In this document: piece by piece, positions 30,001-43,372 of the stretch
Layout: every line of letters starts with the position of its first letter
Position numbering within the stretch: the first letter of the stretch is position 1
Assembly: GCA_040954595.2 (NCBI GenBank)
Contig: CM082597.2
Coordinates: forward strand, 9,083,778-9,147,777
Length of the DNA: 64,000 nt
Direction of reading: 5' to 3'
From: Balanoglossus misakiensis
Lineage: Eukaryota; Animalia; Hemichordata
Program-made: the position numbers and the translations under genes
The notes under the pieces: model-generated
Seen by the model: only the letters and a program-made list of their open reading frames with translations
What the model was told of the DNA's origin: nothing
The model's database searches: none

Positions 30001-33000
30001 ATTTTCACCCGTTTTTTTTTCAAAATTTGTCATTTTTTGATGATTTTTACCCATGATTTTTTTTCAAAAATGGACGAAATTTTGAGATTTTGCAAAATCG
30101 AAAATTTGTTATTTTTTGATGATTTTCACCCATGTCTTTTTTTTAAAAATCGACGAAATTTTGAGATTTTGCAAAGAGGAAAATTTGTCATTTTTTTCAT
30201 GATTTTCCCCCATGATTTTTTTCAAAAATCGACGAAATTTTGAGATTTTGCAAAGTCGAAAATTTGTCATTTTTTGATGATTTTCACCCGTGATTTTTTT
30301 CAAAAATGGACGAAATTTTGAGATTTTGCAAAGACGAAAATTTGTCATTTTTTGATGATTTTCACCCATGATTTTTTTTCAAAAATCGACGAAATTTTGA
30401 GATTTTGCAAAGAGGAGAATTTGTCATTTTTTCATGATTTTCCCCCATGATTTTTTTCAAAAATCGACGAAATTTTGAGATTTTGCAAAGTCGAAAATTT
30501 TGTCATTTTTTGATGATTTTCAACCATGATTTTTTTTCAAAAATCGACGAAAATTTGAGATTTTGCAAAGATGAAAATTTGCCATTTTTGATGATTTTTA
30601 CCCATAATTTTTTTTCAGAAATGGACGAAATTTTGAGATTTTGCAAAGACGAAAATTTGTCATTTTTTGATGATTTTCACCCATGATTTTTTTTCAAAAA
30701 TTGACGAAATTTTGAGATTTTGCAAAGTCGAAAATGTGTCATTTTTTGATGATTTTCACCCGTTTTTTTTTCAAAATTTGTCATTTTTTGATGATTTTCA
30801 CCCATGATTTTTTTTCAAAAATTGACGAAATTTTGAGATTTTGCAAAGTCGACGAAAATGTGTCATTTTTTGATGATTTTCACCCGTTTTTTTTCAAAAA
30901 TCGACGAAATTTTGAGATTTTGCAAAATCGAAAATTTGTCATTTTTTGATGATTTTCACCCATGATTTTTTTTCAAAAATCGACGAAATTTTGAGATTTT
31001 GCAAAGTCGTAAATGTGTCATTTTTTGATGATTTTCACCCGGTTTTTTTTCAAAAATCGACGAAATTTTGAGATTTTGCAAAGTCGTAAATGTGTAATTT
31101 TTTGATGATTTTCACCCGGTTTTTTTTCAAAATTTGTCATTTTTTGATGATTTTCACCCATGATTTTCTTCAAAAATCGACGAAATTTTGAGATTTTGCA
31201 AAGTCGAAAATTTGTCATTTTTTGATGATTTTCACCTATGATTTTTTTCAAAAATCAACGAAATTTTGAGATTTTGCAAAGTCGAAAATTTGTCATTTTT
31301 TGATGATTTTCACCGATGATTTTTTTCAACAATCGAAAAAAATTTGAGATTTTGCAAAGTCGAAAATTTGTCATTTTTTGATGATTTTCACCCATGATTT
31401 TTTTCAAAATTGACGAAATTTTGAGATTTTGCAAAGTCGAAAATTTCTCATTTTTTGGTGCATTTTCACCCATGACTTTTTTTCAAAAATCGACGAAATT
31501 GTGAGATTTTGCAAAGTCGAAAATTTGTCATTTTTTGATTATTTTCACCCATGATTTTTATTCAAAATTGACGAAATTTTTAGATTTTGCAAAGTCGAAA
31601 ATTTGTCATTTTTTCATGATTTTCCCCCATGATTTTTTTCAAAAATCGACGAAATTTTGAGATTTTGCAAAGTCGACGAAAATGTGTCATTTTTTGATGA
31701 TTTTCACCCATTTTTTTTCAAAAATCGACGAAATTTTGAGATTTTGCAAAATCGAAAATTTGTCATTTTTTGATGATTTTCCCCCATGATTGTTTTTTAA
31801 AAATGGACGAAAGTTTGAGATTTTGCAAAGACGAAAATTTGTCATTTTTGATGATTTTTACCCATGATTTTTTTTCAAAAATGGACGAAATTTTGAGATT
31901 TTGCAAAGACGAAAATTTGTCATTTTTTGATGATTTTCACCCATGATTTGTTTTCAAAAATCGACGAAATTTTGAGATTTTGCAAAGTCGTAAATGTGTC
32001 ATTTTTTGATGATTTTCACCCGTTTTTTTTTAAATTTGTCATTTTTTGATGATTTTCACCCATGTTTTTTTTAAAAAAATCAACAAAATTTTGAGATTTT
32101 GCAAAGTCGAAAATTTGTCATTTTTTGATGATTTTCACCGATGATTTTTTTCAACAATCGAAAAAATTTTGAGATTTTGCAAAGTCGAAAATTTGTCATT
32201 TTTTGATGATTTTCACCCATGATTTTCTTCGAAAATCGACGAAATTTTGAGATTTTGCAAAGTCGAAAATTTGTCATTTTTTTGATGATTTTCACCCATG
32301 ATTTTTTTCAAAAATCGACGAAATTTTGAGATTTTGCAAAGTCGAAAATTTGTCATTTTTTGATGATTTTCACCCATGATTTTTTTCAAAATTGACGAAA
32401 TTTTGAGATTTTGCAAAGTCGAAAATTTCTCATTTTTTGGTGCATTTTCACCCATGATTTTTTTTCAAAAATCGACGAAATTGTGAGATTTTGCAAAGTC
32501 GAAAATTTGTCATTTTTTGATGATTTTCACCCATGATTTTTATTCAAAATTGACGAAATTTTGAGATTTTGCAAAGTCGAAAATTTGTCATTTTTTCATG
32601 ATTTTCCCCCATGATTTTTTTCAAAAATCGACGAAATTTTGAGATTTTGCAAAGTCGACGAAAATGTGTCATTTTTTGATGATTTTCACCCATTTTTTTT
32701 CAAAAATCGACGAAATTTTGAGATTTTGCAAAATCGAAAATTTGTCATTTTTTGATGATTTTCCCCCATGATTGTTTTTTAAAAATGGACGAAAGTTTGA
32801 GATTTTGCAAAGACGAAAATTTGTCATTTTTGATGATTTTTACCCATGATTTTTTTTCAAAAATGGACGAAATTTTGAGATTTTGCAAAGACGAAAATTT
32901 GTCATTTTTTGATGATTTTCACCCATGATTTTTTTTCAAAAATCGACGAAATTTTGAGATTTTGCAAAGTCGTAAATGTGTCATTTTTTGATGATTTTCA

Positions 33001-36000
33001 CCCGTTTTTTTTTTTAATTTGTCATTTTTTGATGATTTTCACCCATGTTTTTTTTAAAAAAATCGACGAACCTATGATTTTTTTCAAAATCGACGAAATT
33101 TTGTGATTTTACAAAGTCGAAAATTTTGTCATTTTTTGATGATTTTCAACCATGATTTTTTTTCAAAAATCGACGAAAATTTGAGATTTTGCAAAGACGA
33201 AAATTTGTCATTTTTGATGATTTTTACCCATGATTTTTTTTTCAAAAATGGACGAAATTTTGAGATTTTGCAAAGACGAAAATTTGTCATTTTTTGATGA
33301 TTTTCACCCATGATTTTTTTTCAAAAATCGACGAAATTTTGAGATTTTGCAAAGAGGAAAATTTGTCATTTTTTGATGATTTTCAACCATGATTTTTTTT
33401 CAAAAATCGACGAAAATTTGAGATTTTGCAAAGATGAAAATTTGTCATTTTTGATGATTTTTACCCATAATTTTTTTTCAGAAATGGACGAAATTTTGAG
33501 ATTTTGCAAAGACGAAAATTTGTCATTTTTTGATGATTTTCACCCATGATTTTTTTTCAAAAATGGACGAAATTTTGAGATTTTGCAAAGACGAAAATTT
33601 GTCATTTTTTGATGATTTTCACCCATGATTTTTTTTCAAAAATCGACGAAATTTTGAGATTTTGCAAAGTCGAAAATGTGTCATTTTTTGATGATTTTCA
33701 CCCGGTTTTTTTTCAAAATTTGTCATTTTTTGATGATTTTCACCCATGTTTTTTTTTAAAAAATCGACGAACCTATGATTTTTTTCAAAATCGACGAAAT
33801 TTTGTGATTTTACAAAGTCGAAAATTTTGTCATTTTTTGATGATTTTCAACCATGATTTTTTTTCAAAAATCGACGAAAATTTGAGATTTTGCAAAGACG
33901 AAAATTTGTCATTTTTTGATGATTTTCACCCATGATTTTTTTTCAAAAATCGACGAAATTTTGAGATTTTGCAAAGAGGAAAATTTGTCATTTTTTCATG
34001 ATTTTCCCCCATGATTTTTTTCAAAAATCGACGAAATTTTGAGATTTTGCAAAGTCGAAAATTTTGTCATTTTTTGATGATTTTCACCCGTTTTTTTTTC
34101 AAAATTTGTCATTTTTTGATGATTTTTACCCATGATTTTTTTTCAAAAATGGACGAAATTTTGAGATTTTGCAAAGTCGAAAATTTGTTATTTTTTGATG
34201 ATTTTCACCCATGTCTTTTTTAAAAAATCGACGAAATTTTGAGATTTTGCAAAGAGGAAAATTTGTCATTTTTTCATGATTTTCCCCCATTATTTTTTTC
34301 AAAACTCGACGAAATTTTGAGATTTTGCAAAGATGAAAATTTGTCATTTTTGATGATTTTTACCCATAATTTTGTTTCAGAAATGGACGAAATTTTGAGA
34401 TTTTGCAAAGACGAATATTTGTCATTTTTTGATGATTTTCACCCATGATTTTTTTTCAAAAATCGACGAAATTTTGAGATTTTGCAAAGTCGAAAATGTG
34501 TCATTTTTTGATGATTTTCACCCGTTTTCTTTTCAAAATTTGTCATTTTTTGATGATTTTTACCCATGATTTTTTTTCAAAAATGGACGAAATTTTGAGA
34601 TTTTGAAAAGTCTAAAATTTGTTATTTTTTGATGATTTTCACCCATGTCTTTTTTTAAAAATCGACGAAATTTTGAGATTTTGCAAAGAGGAAAATTTGT
34701 CATTTTTTCATGATTTTCCCCCATGATTTTTTTCAAAAATCGACGAAATTTTGAGATTTTGCAAAGTCGACGAAAATGTGTCATTTTTTGATGATTTTCA
34801 CCCGTTTTTTTTCAAAAATCGACGAAATTTTGAGATTTTGCAAAATCGAAAATTTGTCATTTTTTGATGATTTTCCCCCATGATTTTTTTTTAAAAATGG
34901 ACGAAATTTTGAGATTTTGCAAAGACGAAAATTTGTCATTTTTGATGATTTTTACCCATGATTTTTTTTTCAAAAATGGACGAAATTTTGAGATTTTGCA
35001 AAGACGAAAAAATTTTCATTTTTTGATGATTTTCACCCATGATTTTTTTTCAAAAATCGACGAAATTTTGAGATTTTGCAAAGTCGTAAATGTGTCATTT
35101 TTTGATGATTTTCACCCGTTTTTTTTTCAAAATTTGTCATTTTTTGATGATTTTCACCCATGATATTTTTCAAAAATCGAAAAAATTTTGAGATTTTGCA
35201 AAGTCGAAAATTTGTCATTTTTTGATGATTTTCACCCATGATTTTCTTCAAAAATCGATGAAATTTTGAGATTTTGCAAAGTCGAAAATTTGTCATTTTT
35301 TGATGATTTTCACCTATGATTTTTGTCAAAAATCAACAAAATTTTGAGATTTTGCAACGTCGAAAATTTGTCATTTTTTTGATGATTTTCACCCATGATT
35401 TTTTTAAAAAATCGACGAAATTTTGAGATTTTGCAAAGTCGAAAATTTGTCATTTTTTTGATGATTTTCACCGATGATTTTTTTCAACAATCGAAAAAAT
35501 TTTGAGATTTTGCAAAGTCGAAAATGTGTCATTTTTTGATGATTTTCACCCGTTTTTTTTTCAAAATTTGTCATTTTTTGATGATTTTCACCAATGATAT
35601 TTTTCAAAAATCGAAAAAATTTTGAGATTTTGCAAAGTCGAAAATTTGTCATTTTTTGATGATTTTCACCCATGATTTTCTTCAAAAATCGACGAAATTT
35701 TGAGATTTTGCAAAGTCGAAAATTTGTCATTTTTTGATGATTTTCACCAATGATTTTCTTCAAAAACCGACGAAATTTTGAGATTTTGCAAAGTCGAAAA
35801 TTTGTCATTTTTTGATGATTTTCACCTATGATTTTTTTCAAAAATCAACAAAATTTTGAGATTTTGCAAAGTCGAAAATTTGTCATTTTTTTGATGATTT
35901 TTCACCCATGATTTTTTTCAAAAATCGACGAAATTTTGAGATTTTGCAAAGTCGAAAATTTGTCATTTTTTGATGATTTTCACCCATGATTTTTTTCAAA

Positions 36001-36794
36001 ATTGACGAAATTTTGAGATTTTGCAAAGTCGAAAATTTCTCATTTTTTGATGCATTTTCACCCATGATTTTTTTTCAAAAATCGACGAAATTGTGAGATT
36101 TTGCAAAGTCGAAAATTTGTCATTTTTTGATGATTTTCACCCATGATTTTTATTCAAAATTGACGAAATTTTGAGATTTTGCAAAGTCGAAAATTTGTCA
36201 TTTTTTGATGATTTTCCCCCATGTTTTTTTTTAAAAATGGACGAAATTTTGAGATTTTGCAAAGTCGAAAATTTGTCATTTTTTGATGATTTTTACCCAT
36301 GTTTTTTTTCAAAAATCTACGAAATTTTGAGATTTTGCAAAGTCGAAAATTTGTCATTTTTTGATGATTTTCACCCATGTCTTTTTTCAAAAATCGAAAA
36401 AATTTTGAGATTTTGCAAAGTCGAAAATTTGTCATTTTTTGATGATTTTCACCCATGATTTTCTTCAAAAATCGACGAAATTTTGAGATTTTGCAAAGTC
36501 GAAAATTTGTCATTTTTTGATGATTTTCACCTATGATTTTTTTCAAAAATCAACAAAATTTTGAGATTTTGCAAAGTCGAAAATTTGTCATTTTTTTGAT
36601 GATTTTCACCCATGATTTTTTTCAAAAATCGACGAAATTTTGAGATTTTGCAAAGTCGAAAATTTGTCATTTTTTGATGATTTTCACCCATGATTTTTTT
36701 CAAAATTGACGAAATTTTGAGATTTTGCAAAGTCGAAAATTTCTCATTTTTTGATGCATTTTCACCCATGATTTTTTTTCAAAAATCGACGAAA
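1..36794. repeat. AT-rich tandem satellite, 78-bp consensus monomer (76-80 bp variants plus ~43-bp deletion monomers), open at left edge
   Basis: Consensus CATGATTTTTTTCAAAAATCGACGAAATTTTGAGATTTTGCAAAGTCGAAAATTTGTCATTTTTTGATGATTTTCACC (78 nt) repeats head-to-tail in one orientation with no foreign insertion seen; the 26-aa periodicity in the ORF track matches 78 nt. Ends at ...AAAAATCGACGAAA|GGATGAC (36794). Confidence 0.98.
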
Positions 36795-36821
36795 GGATGA
36801 CTGTTACCAGGACTACCTTAA
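36795..36821 (-). mobile_element. Candidate Kolobok-like transposon terminus capping the satellite
   Basis: Minus strand reads TTAA-GGTAGTCCTGGTAACAGTCATCC then directly enters the satellite. TTAA plus a purine-purine start is the Kolobok signature. The partner end is not in the window. Confidence 0.4.
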
Positions 36822-38230
36822 ACCAATCTTTTCGAACCGGACGGTACACACGTCATGTCTTTGTTAATTGTCCAGGTACCAGAGTGTACGTGTGGGCTCC
36901 CTAAACCACTCATTGGCGGCCGGTCCCTGTCCGAATAAACACGTTTGACAGACAAAAAATGATGAACAAGTGGCTTATTTCAATACTTCGTTAACTAGAC
37001 GGCTGAACTCTGAATGTTGATTCAGCAAAAAAAATGTGTTTACGGCAAGGTTTCGATCAATACGACAAATTTACCATTGAAAACGCCCAAAGTAAGTGGG
37101 GGCGTTTGACCATCAATCAAAACCACGCCCAGGTGCATGTGAACGGCCGAAGCAGTGTAACGTTTCACATTCCGTGCAACGTCCGACACTGTGTGAAAGC
37201 GGTTGCTGTCGGGTGGCTTGACCTAATTTTCGTACATTGATATGCATTTGACACCTCACTACCTGTTTTCTCAATATTGCTAAAACTTTGCGTTGAAATA
37301 TCACTGAAATGTTGATGATCCACGCACAAGTCGTCTACCCCGGCATGAAAAGCGTCTTATACAAGAATTGCACATGACCACCAAGGTCATACCGCAAGGT
37401 GTGTCTAAATGTCAAGGAAGGACACTTGGGTCAAGAACGACCATGACGGAGGAAAAACCGACAAGTCATTGTGTAACCTGTTTACTTGCCAATAGTCAAA
37501 CGTCAAAATTTACTCTCAACTTGGTTGCAGATCGAGTCTCCCGAATTTCCAACTTTTATGATTGGGTAAATACCGATATGCGACTGGTATGCGACGCGTT
37601 GACGACGCGAAGATTTTGTTGAAATCAAATGGTTTGTCAAATGTCATCTCACACTGGAGATACCGTGGTCATCTGACATGAAAGGGTTCGATTGGGTCTG
37701 ACCGCCGTCGTTCATCCATGCTTAGAAAGCGGCGATCATGGTACAAAGTAAAACCAAGGTCAAACCTTACTGAACACATGTATTGCATGGGGAAACTTTT
37801 CTCCCTGTCTGTGTACTGAACACGTACCGTGATTGCCATAGTTACAAACGTTACCACGTGAGAGAGATTGCATTTTACATCTGTCTTTTCAATTTTGTTG
37901 CTTTCTTACTATTCGGAATGATGGAGTCGAAACGAAAACTTTTTGCTTCAGGTGGACCTAGGGGAAATACCTTATTTGTGACTTTTTTCATGACCCTAAA
38001 AAGACGTCGGAATTAATGTGGCTGAGGTCACTCAGGACGACGGAATGGTTGAGCGATTTTATTTTATGAGCTCCCACTAGTATTTGTTTTATTGTTTCGG
38101 CAGTGTGCCGCGTTATTCGAGCAATCTGCAGTCTGAAAACGAACGGTTTTCAAAGTTTATAACAGAAGAACAGGGGTTTAAGCATGAAAGGTCCTTTTGT
38201 CTCCCTCGCTGTGTTTGTGTCACTGTGTCT

Positions 38231-38440
38231 TTGACGTCTGACTGACTGATTAACTGGCTGACTGACTTACTGACTGTCTGTCAACGTCTGTCTGTCTGAC
38301 TGTCTGCCCCCTCTCTCTGAGAGAGAGAGTGAGCGAGCGAGCGAGCGAGCGACCGATGAGTGTCTCTACTGATGAATGTTGCTCTGTCTGTCTGCTTGTG
38401 TCTGTCTGCCACTCTGCCTGTTTCACTCTGTCTCTCCTAA
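38231..38440. repeat. Compound microsatellite (CTGA/TCTG/GA/GAGC)n
   Basis: ACTGACTGAT..., TCTGTCTGTCTG, GAGAGAGAG, GAGCGAGCGAGCGAGCGAGC runs. Confidence 0.85.
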
Positions 38441-39214
38441 TTTCTTTAAATTTAGGGATATGCTATTAATGCGATATGAAAGTCAGACACGACGGAAACC
38501 TTTTATTCTCAAAACTGTCTGTTGTTTGCTGTTAAATATTGCAAAAGGTTAAGGGCCCTTTTCGCACGAGACACATGGCTTTGCAGCCGTAGCTCCCAAT
38601 GTCATAACGATTACCCGAACTACCCTAATTTTAGCCCGCCGACCCAAAACAGTTTAGATCTTCGTAAACCGGAAGTAAAAATAACGATGTCAAATATACA
38701 ACAATTCATGAAAATTGCGAGAATCACGCAAGAACTATGATGTCATTCTTCTACACTACGACGGCCAAAGATATAAAAAAAATTGAAAAATAAAAAAAAT
38801 GTCCCTTTCTACCTACAATATTTTTGAAAACCATGTAATCGGAATAGCACATATTAGTTTTTTTGGCCTGAGACATATCCAATTTCCCAACTGAACATGA
38901 CACGTGATCAAGCATTTTCGACTTATCAGATGCAATCGCTGAACACCTCACACTGAGCGAGGTTTTGTCTGTCTTTATACGCGCCCTTTGTATTTGTGCG
39001 TGACATGTCCAAGCCTTGTTAGGAACTCCCGTAAAATTCTACTCAAATGATGTATACTTTCATACTTACGACTGACAGGTATTTTCAGCGTTGCCAGCTG
39101 ATTGTTTGTCAGGTACCGCTTTATAACAAGACGCCCCTCTGAGTTGATAACCTGCAATGTAACATCATTCAATTGGTCTAGTCATGTTAGCATTAGTAAA
39201 ATGCTTCAAAAGTG

Positions 39215-39509
39215 TTAAAGGGACATGATACAAGACACCGTTTATGTTAGTGAATGAACGTTCAACCACACACAACTTCCATCCCGCATGTAGACACGAG
39301 AGCGAAAACTCGCAAAACTGAAAAATCGGTCTCTACCATTAATTCATTTTGGGCGAGTTTTTACTCTCATATCATACAAGCAGGATGGAAGTTGTGTGTG
39401 GTTGAACGTTCATTCACTACATATACACATGCCCATTAATATAAACGGTGTCTTGTATCAAACATAATTAATAGAAAAGGGCGACGAGAGAGAGAGTTTG
39501 TCCCTTTAA
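39215..39509. mobile_element. Kolobok-like MITE, family A, copy with deleted left TIR
   Basis: TTAA(39215-18)-AGGGACA ... TGTCCCT-TTAA(39506-09); interior homologous to 60267-60621 (both give the spurious ORF MNVQPHTTS...). Confidence 0.85.
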
Positions 39510-40833
39510 GGCGACATGATGCATGAAGTGGCGAGAGATAAACGCGGCTGACCACCGCATTAAACACTGTCAAGCAAGGCACTTCAAATGCCAATTGTTT
39601 AAGTGTGTACTAAGTAATAGGTTCATGTACCATGGGGGGGGGGGTCAAATCACAACAGTTGGACATGTACGAATATGAAGAGACGATATCAGTTTGTTCA
39701 TGTCTTCCTTTAGTAAAAAATCTTTTTTGAACTTTGTATAGAATTCATTGAACTTTACTTTAGCTTATGAACTCTCATTTGCACATCGTCATCTTGAAAT
39801 TGTGTCGACTTTATCATAAGGTTTTTATCACTCAACTAGGTCGCAAAACCTATTTAAGTTAGTGAGAATAGGACGTTCACCTTTTGGGTTGATGGCTACA
39901 GCCGTTAATCCTGACTCATACACATGTTGCAGTCAGTATACTCTGCAGACATTGGACACAATAGTTTTACGAACCATTAAATTTTATTGGACCATCAAGT
40001 TTATTGACCCATGACGTTCATATAGATTTTATGACACGACTGACGCTATAATCGGTCCTTACCTTCGGCGAGCCAAGTGTTTTATAACATCATAAGATAT
40101 TAATACCTATCACCCAGTCAAACGATTTCAAGTTATAAAATTTCCACGCCAATAGGACGCCTTTAGGTGGAAATGCAACCAGGTATCCTAAATAGGAAAA
40201 TTTTCCGGGTATCTGTCAAGTTTAGTCCCATATTTAGGGGACCAAGAGCCCTCAGGCGCTTGGTCCCCTTCTGTTATTGCTGGAGTTTGTCTTCTTTCTT
40301 CTTGAGTCGTTTTTTTGCGCCCGTTTTTCTCTGAAATTCCGGCAGGTGCGCCTCCAAATTTGGCACGGTGGTTGGGGCCCATGAGTACTGGTGCACCTGC
40401 CCTTTGAATTTGTAATTAGTCACGTGACTTTGTGGCTATAATCGAGCGAAATTTTCAAATTGACCTAATTTGCACGTTAATGGGGGCATGTACATTCTTT
40501 TCGCGATTTTTGTAGACCATGTGGCCAAAATCCCCTGTGCCAAATTTCAAGGTCCTAGGCCACGTCGATTTTGAGAAGAAGATTTTTGTAATATTTTTTC
40601 GCATTTTTTGGTGGGCTGAGGACGGACACTGGGGCATCGGACTTTGACCGTCATTACGTAATGTTGTGGAGATCTCATTAGCAGGCTACTCACTTCTGGC
40701 GGGTTGCAGTAGTCCTTGGAAAATCGGCTGAAATACGTAAACAGACAAGTGATTATTTTCCACGGAATGAATTTTGGGACAACACATTATCGGAGTTCAG
40801 GCTGTGTTAGGGCGTTTTATTGAATTACGCTGA

Positions 40834-43372
40834 GTTTGGATTGACCACTGTGTTACCACTAAAATTTTTTATAGCAATGTTCTTTCAATTTCGAGTCTTT
40901 GCAATGTTGTTGACTCCGACCATATTCCTGTTTCAATAGAGGTTCATTTCAACACTTCTGCTGATGAATGCTTCAGCAGTAGTTCCTTCAAGCAATGTAA
41001 TTTTCGAGTTGATTGGAAAAAATTGTCACAGCAGAATATATCCGCCTACACCCGTTGTACCAAAGCCAAGGTTGATAAGATTAATTTATCCGAAGAGTTA
41101 TTCTGCACTAATGTGAACTGTACATACCCTTCGCATTTACAGGCAATTGATACTTGTTATAGTAGTGTTGTGGACGCATTGAATTGTGCTGCAAAAGATA
41201 CCATTAGGCGTAAGTTTCACCAGAAAGTTCATGTTGTGCCTGGCTGGAACGATTTTGTAAAAGAAAGTCACGACTATGCCCGTTCCATGTTTTTATTATG
41301 GGTTAATGGGGGTAAACCTTAACAAGGCCCGCTTTTTGAAACCATGAAATCTTCCAGAGCTCGTTTTAAGTATGCTTTACGTGCTTGTAAAAAGATTGAG
41401 AATCAAAATAGGGCTGACAAGATGGCTGACAATTTACGCTGCCACAAACAGAACGACTTCTGGAAGGAAGTCAGAAAGCAAACTAGCAGAAAAATGCCGC
41501 TTTCTGACACTGTAGGTGGAGCGACTGGTGAGAGTGAAATTGCAATTATGTGGCATAAGCATTTCAGTGATATTTTGAATTCTGTCCAGGCTCAGACTGG
41601 TAAAAATGACATCGAGGAGAAAATGAAGTATGTTAAATTTTCTTCTGATATGTATGTTTCTGAAGAAGAAGTAATTTCTGCTATACATAAGTTACCTGAC
41701 GATAAGACAGCTGGCATTGACAATATTTCAGCTGAGCACCTCAAATTCTCAGACTCCTCTATTTTACCCATTTTGACTTGATTGTTCATGGTTACCTGCA
41801 AACTGAGGCTATCAAAGTTATTTTAGTTCCAATTAAGGATAAAACTAAGCTTTGTAGTGATGCCAGTAACTACCGGCCGATAGCACTAGCAACTGTTTTC
41901 TCTAAAGTTTTTGAGCCTATTTTACTTTCTCGTTGTGAGGAGTTTCTTACCTCTCATTATTTACAATTTGGTTTCAAGCGAGAACATTCAACTGACCTGT
42001 GTTTATTTGCATTTAAAGAAATCATTAGCTACTACACCAGCAATGGAAGACCAGTGTTTACTTGTTTTCTGGATGCTTCAAAAGCTTTTGACAGAGTTAA
42101 TCACTTTAAACTGGTTAACAAGCTCATCGACAGGAATGTTCCCTTGTATGCTGTACGAATTTTATATTAAAGGTCCCATGCCATGCCCTATACAACCACG
42201 CGTAAAATCACTATTTGGGTCTTGAAGTTAACGTATGTTACTATCTTGCAATGCGTTTTGCCCCTTGTGCTTAGATAACAAGCAAGTAAAAGTGGCGGGT
42301 GGGCGTGTACCCCTAACCCAACTCAGTCGATTTTTTTTGGCTTTTCGAAGTTAAGCCGAAGACTTATCTTGATGTGGACAAATAGTCTTTCACACCTTTG
42401 TAAATCCTCTGCCTGCAATGTGAGGCAAGGGCTTCCTTTGCTTTGAACACTGTTTATATAGCTTATCTTTGTCTGTGGACTTAATTACTCATGGACCGAT
42501 AATTACACTTTACTGTAAACAGAATGGTACACTACGACATAGTGTACTTGTTTGTCCATATGCAAATACCTTCGCCTGGCTCGAGTGCGAAGTGGCTCCC
42601 CGATCACAGGCATGAAAAAAGGTGGCAAATTCCGGCATTCGTGCACATTTTTCGGAACCGACACAATAGGCAATGCATAGACAGGTACCCTAGGTGAGCT
42701 TTTGACGTGGAAAAATGAAAACTTTCCAAAGCATGACATGTGACCTTTAATGGTACAGAAATCAATTGTTTACTGTGTTGTGGGGTAATGAAACCTCAGA
42801 GTTGTTTTCTGTTTCTAACGGTGTAAGACAAGGGGGAGTACTCTCTCCCTATCTTTTTAATGTCTACATTGATGATCTTATCAATGCACTCTGTAAAGCC
42901 AAAGTTGGCTGTACCATGTGTGGTGTCAGCGCTAACACTTTAGGTTACGCTGACGACATGACTCTACTCAGTCCAAGTATTAAGGGTCTACACCGTCTTC
43001 TTAGAATTTGTGAAATTTATGGCAAGGATTATGATATAATTTATAATTCTAGTAAAACTGTGTGCATGCTTTTTAATGGGAAGAATATGAGCGTTCAAAG
43101 AATTCCTTCGGTTAAACTTAATGACATCACTTTAAAGTTTGTACCTGTACACACCTATCTGGGCCATGTTATATCTTGTGAGGGTTGTGATAATGAAGAT
43201 ATTGAACGACAGAGAAGAGCATTTTGTGTTAGAGCAAACATGCTATTGAGACATTTTCAACATTTTAGTCAAGATGTGAAGAAAGTTTTATTTTTGGCAT
43301 ATTGTAGTAATATTTACTGTTGCAATTTGTGGGCATCCTTTAAAGTAAAACCGATGAAAAAATTTAAAACAG
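40834..43372 (+). pseudogene. Non-LTR retrotransposon ORF2 fragment (APE C-terminus + RT), RTEX-like, disrupted
   Basis: WIDHC...SDHIPV (APE end) in frame with VVPGWNDFVK; NYRPIAL, QFGF, FLDASKAFDRV, GVRQGGVLSP, YADD, YCSNIYCCNLW. Stops at 41320-22 and 42168-70, a frameshift near 41775, and a MITE at 42171-42746; truncated at both ends. Confidence 0.9.
42167..42750. mobile_element. Kolobok-like non-autonomous DNA transposon (576 bp), family B
   Basis: TTAA-AGGTCCCATGCCATGC ... GCATGACATGTGACCT-TTAA (TIR 14/16). Removing it restores the RT frame (RILY*WYRNQLF). Confidence 0.9.

Noticed and set aside
225-36769. Dozens of ORFs with a 26-aa repeat (KKIMGENHQKMTNFRLCKISKFRRFL etc.)
   Set aside because: They are translations of a 78-bp satellite on both strands, constantly broken by homopolymer length variation; no gene structure.
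1-36794. CRISPR-like array
   Set aside because: No unique spacers, no cas genes, eukaryotic context.
38549-38580. TAA-GGGCCCTTTTCGCACGAG as a Harbinger end
   Set aside because: No partner TIR found in the window.
37034-39172. Short ORFs next to the satellite
   Set aside because: No recognisable domains or consistent exon structure.
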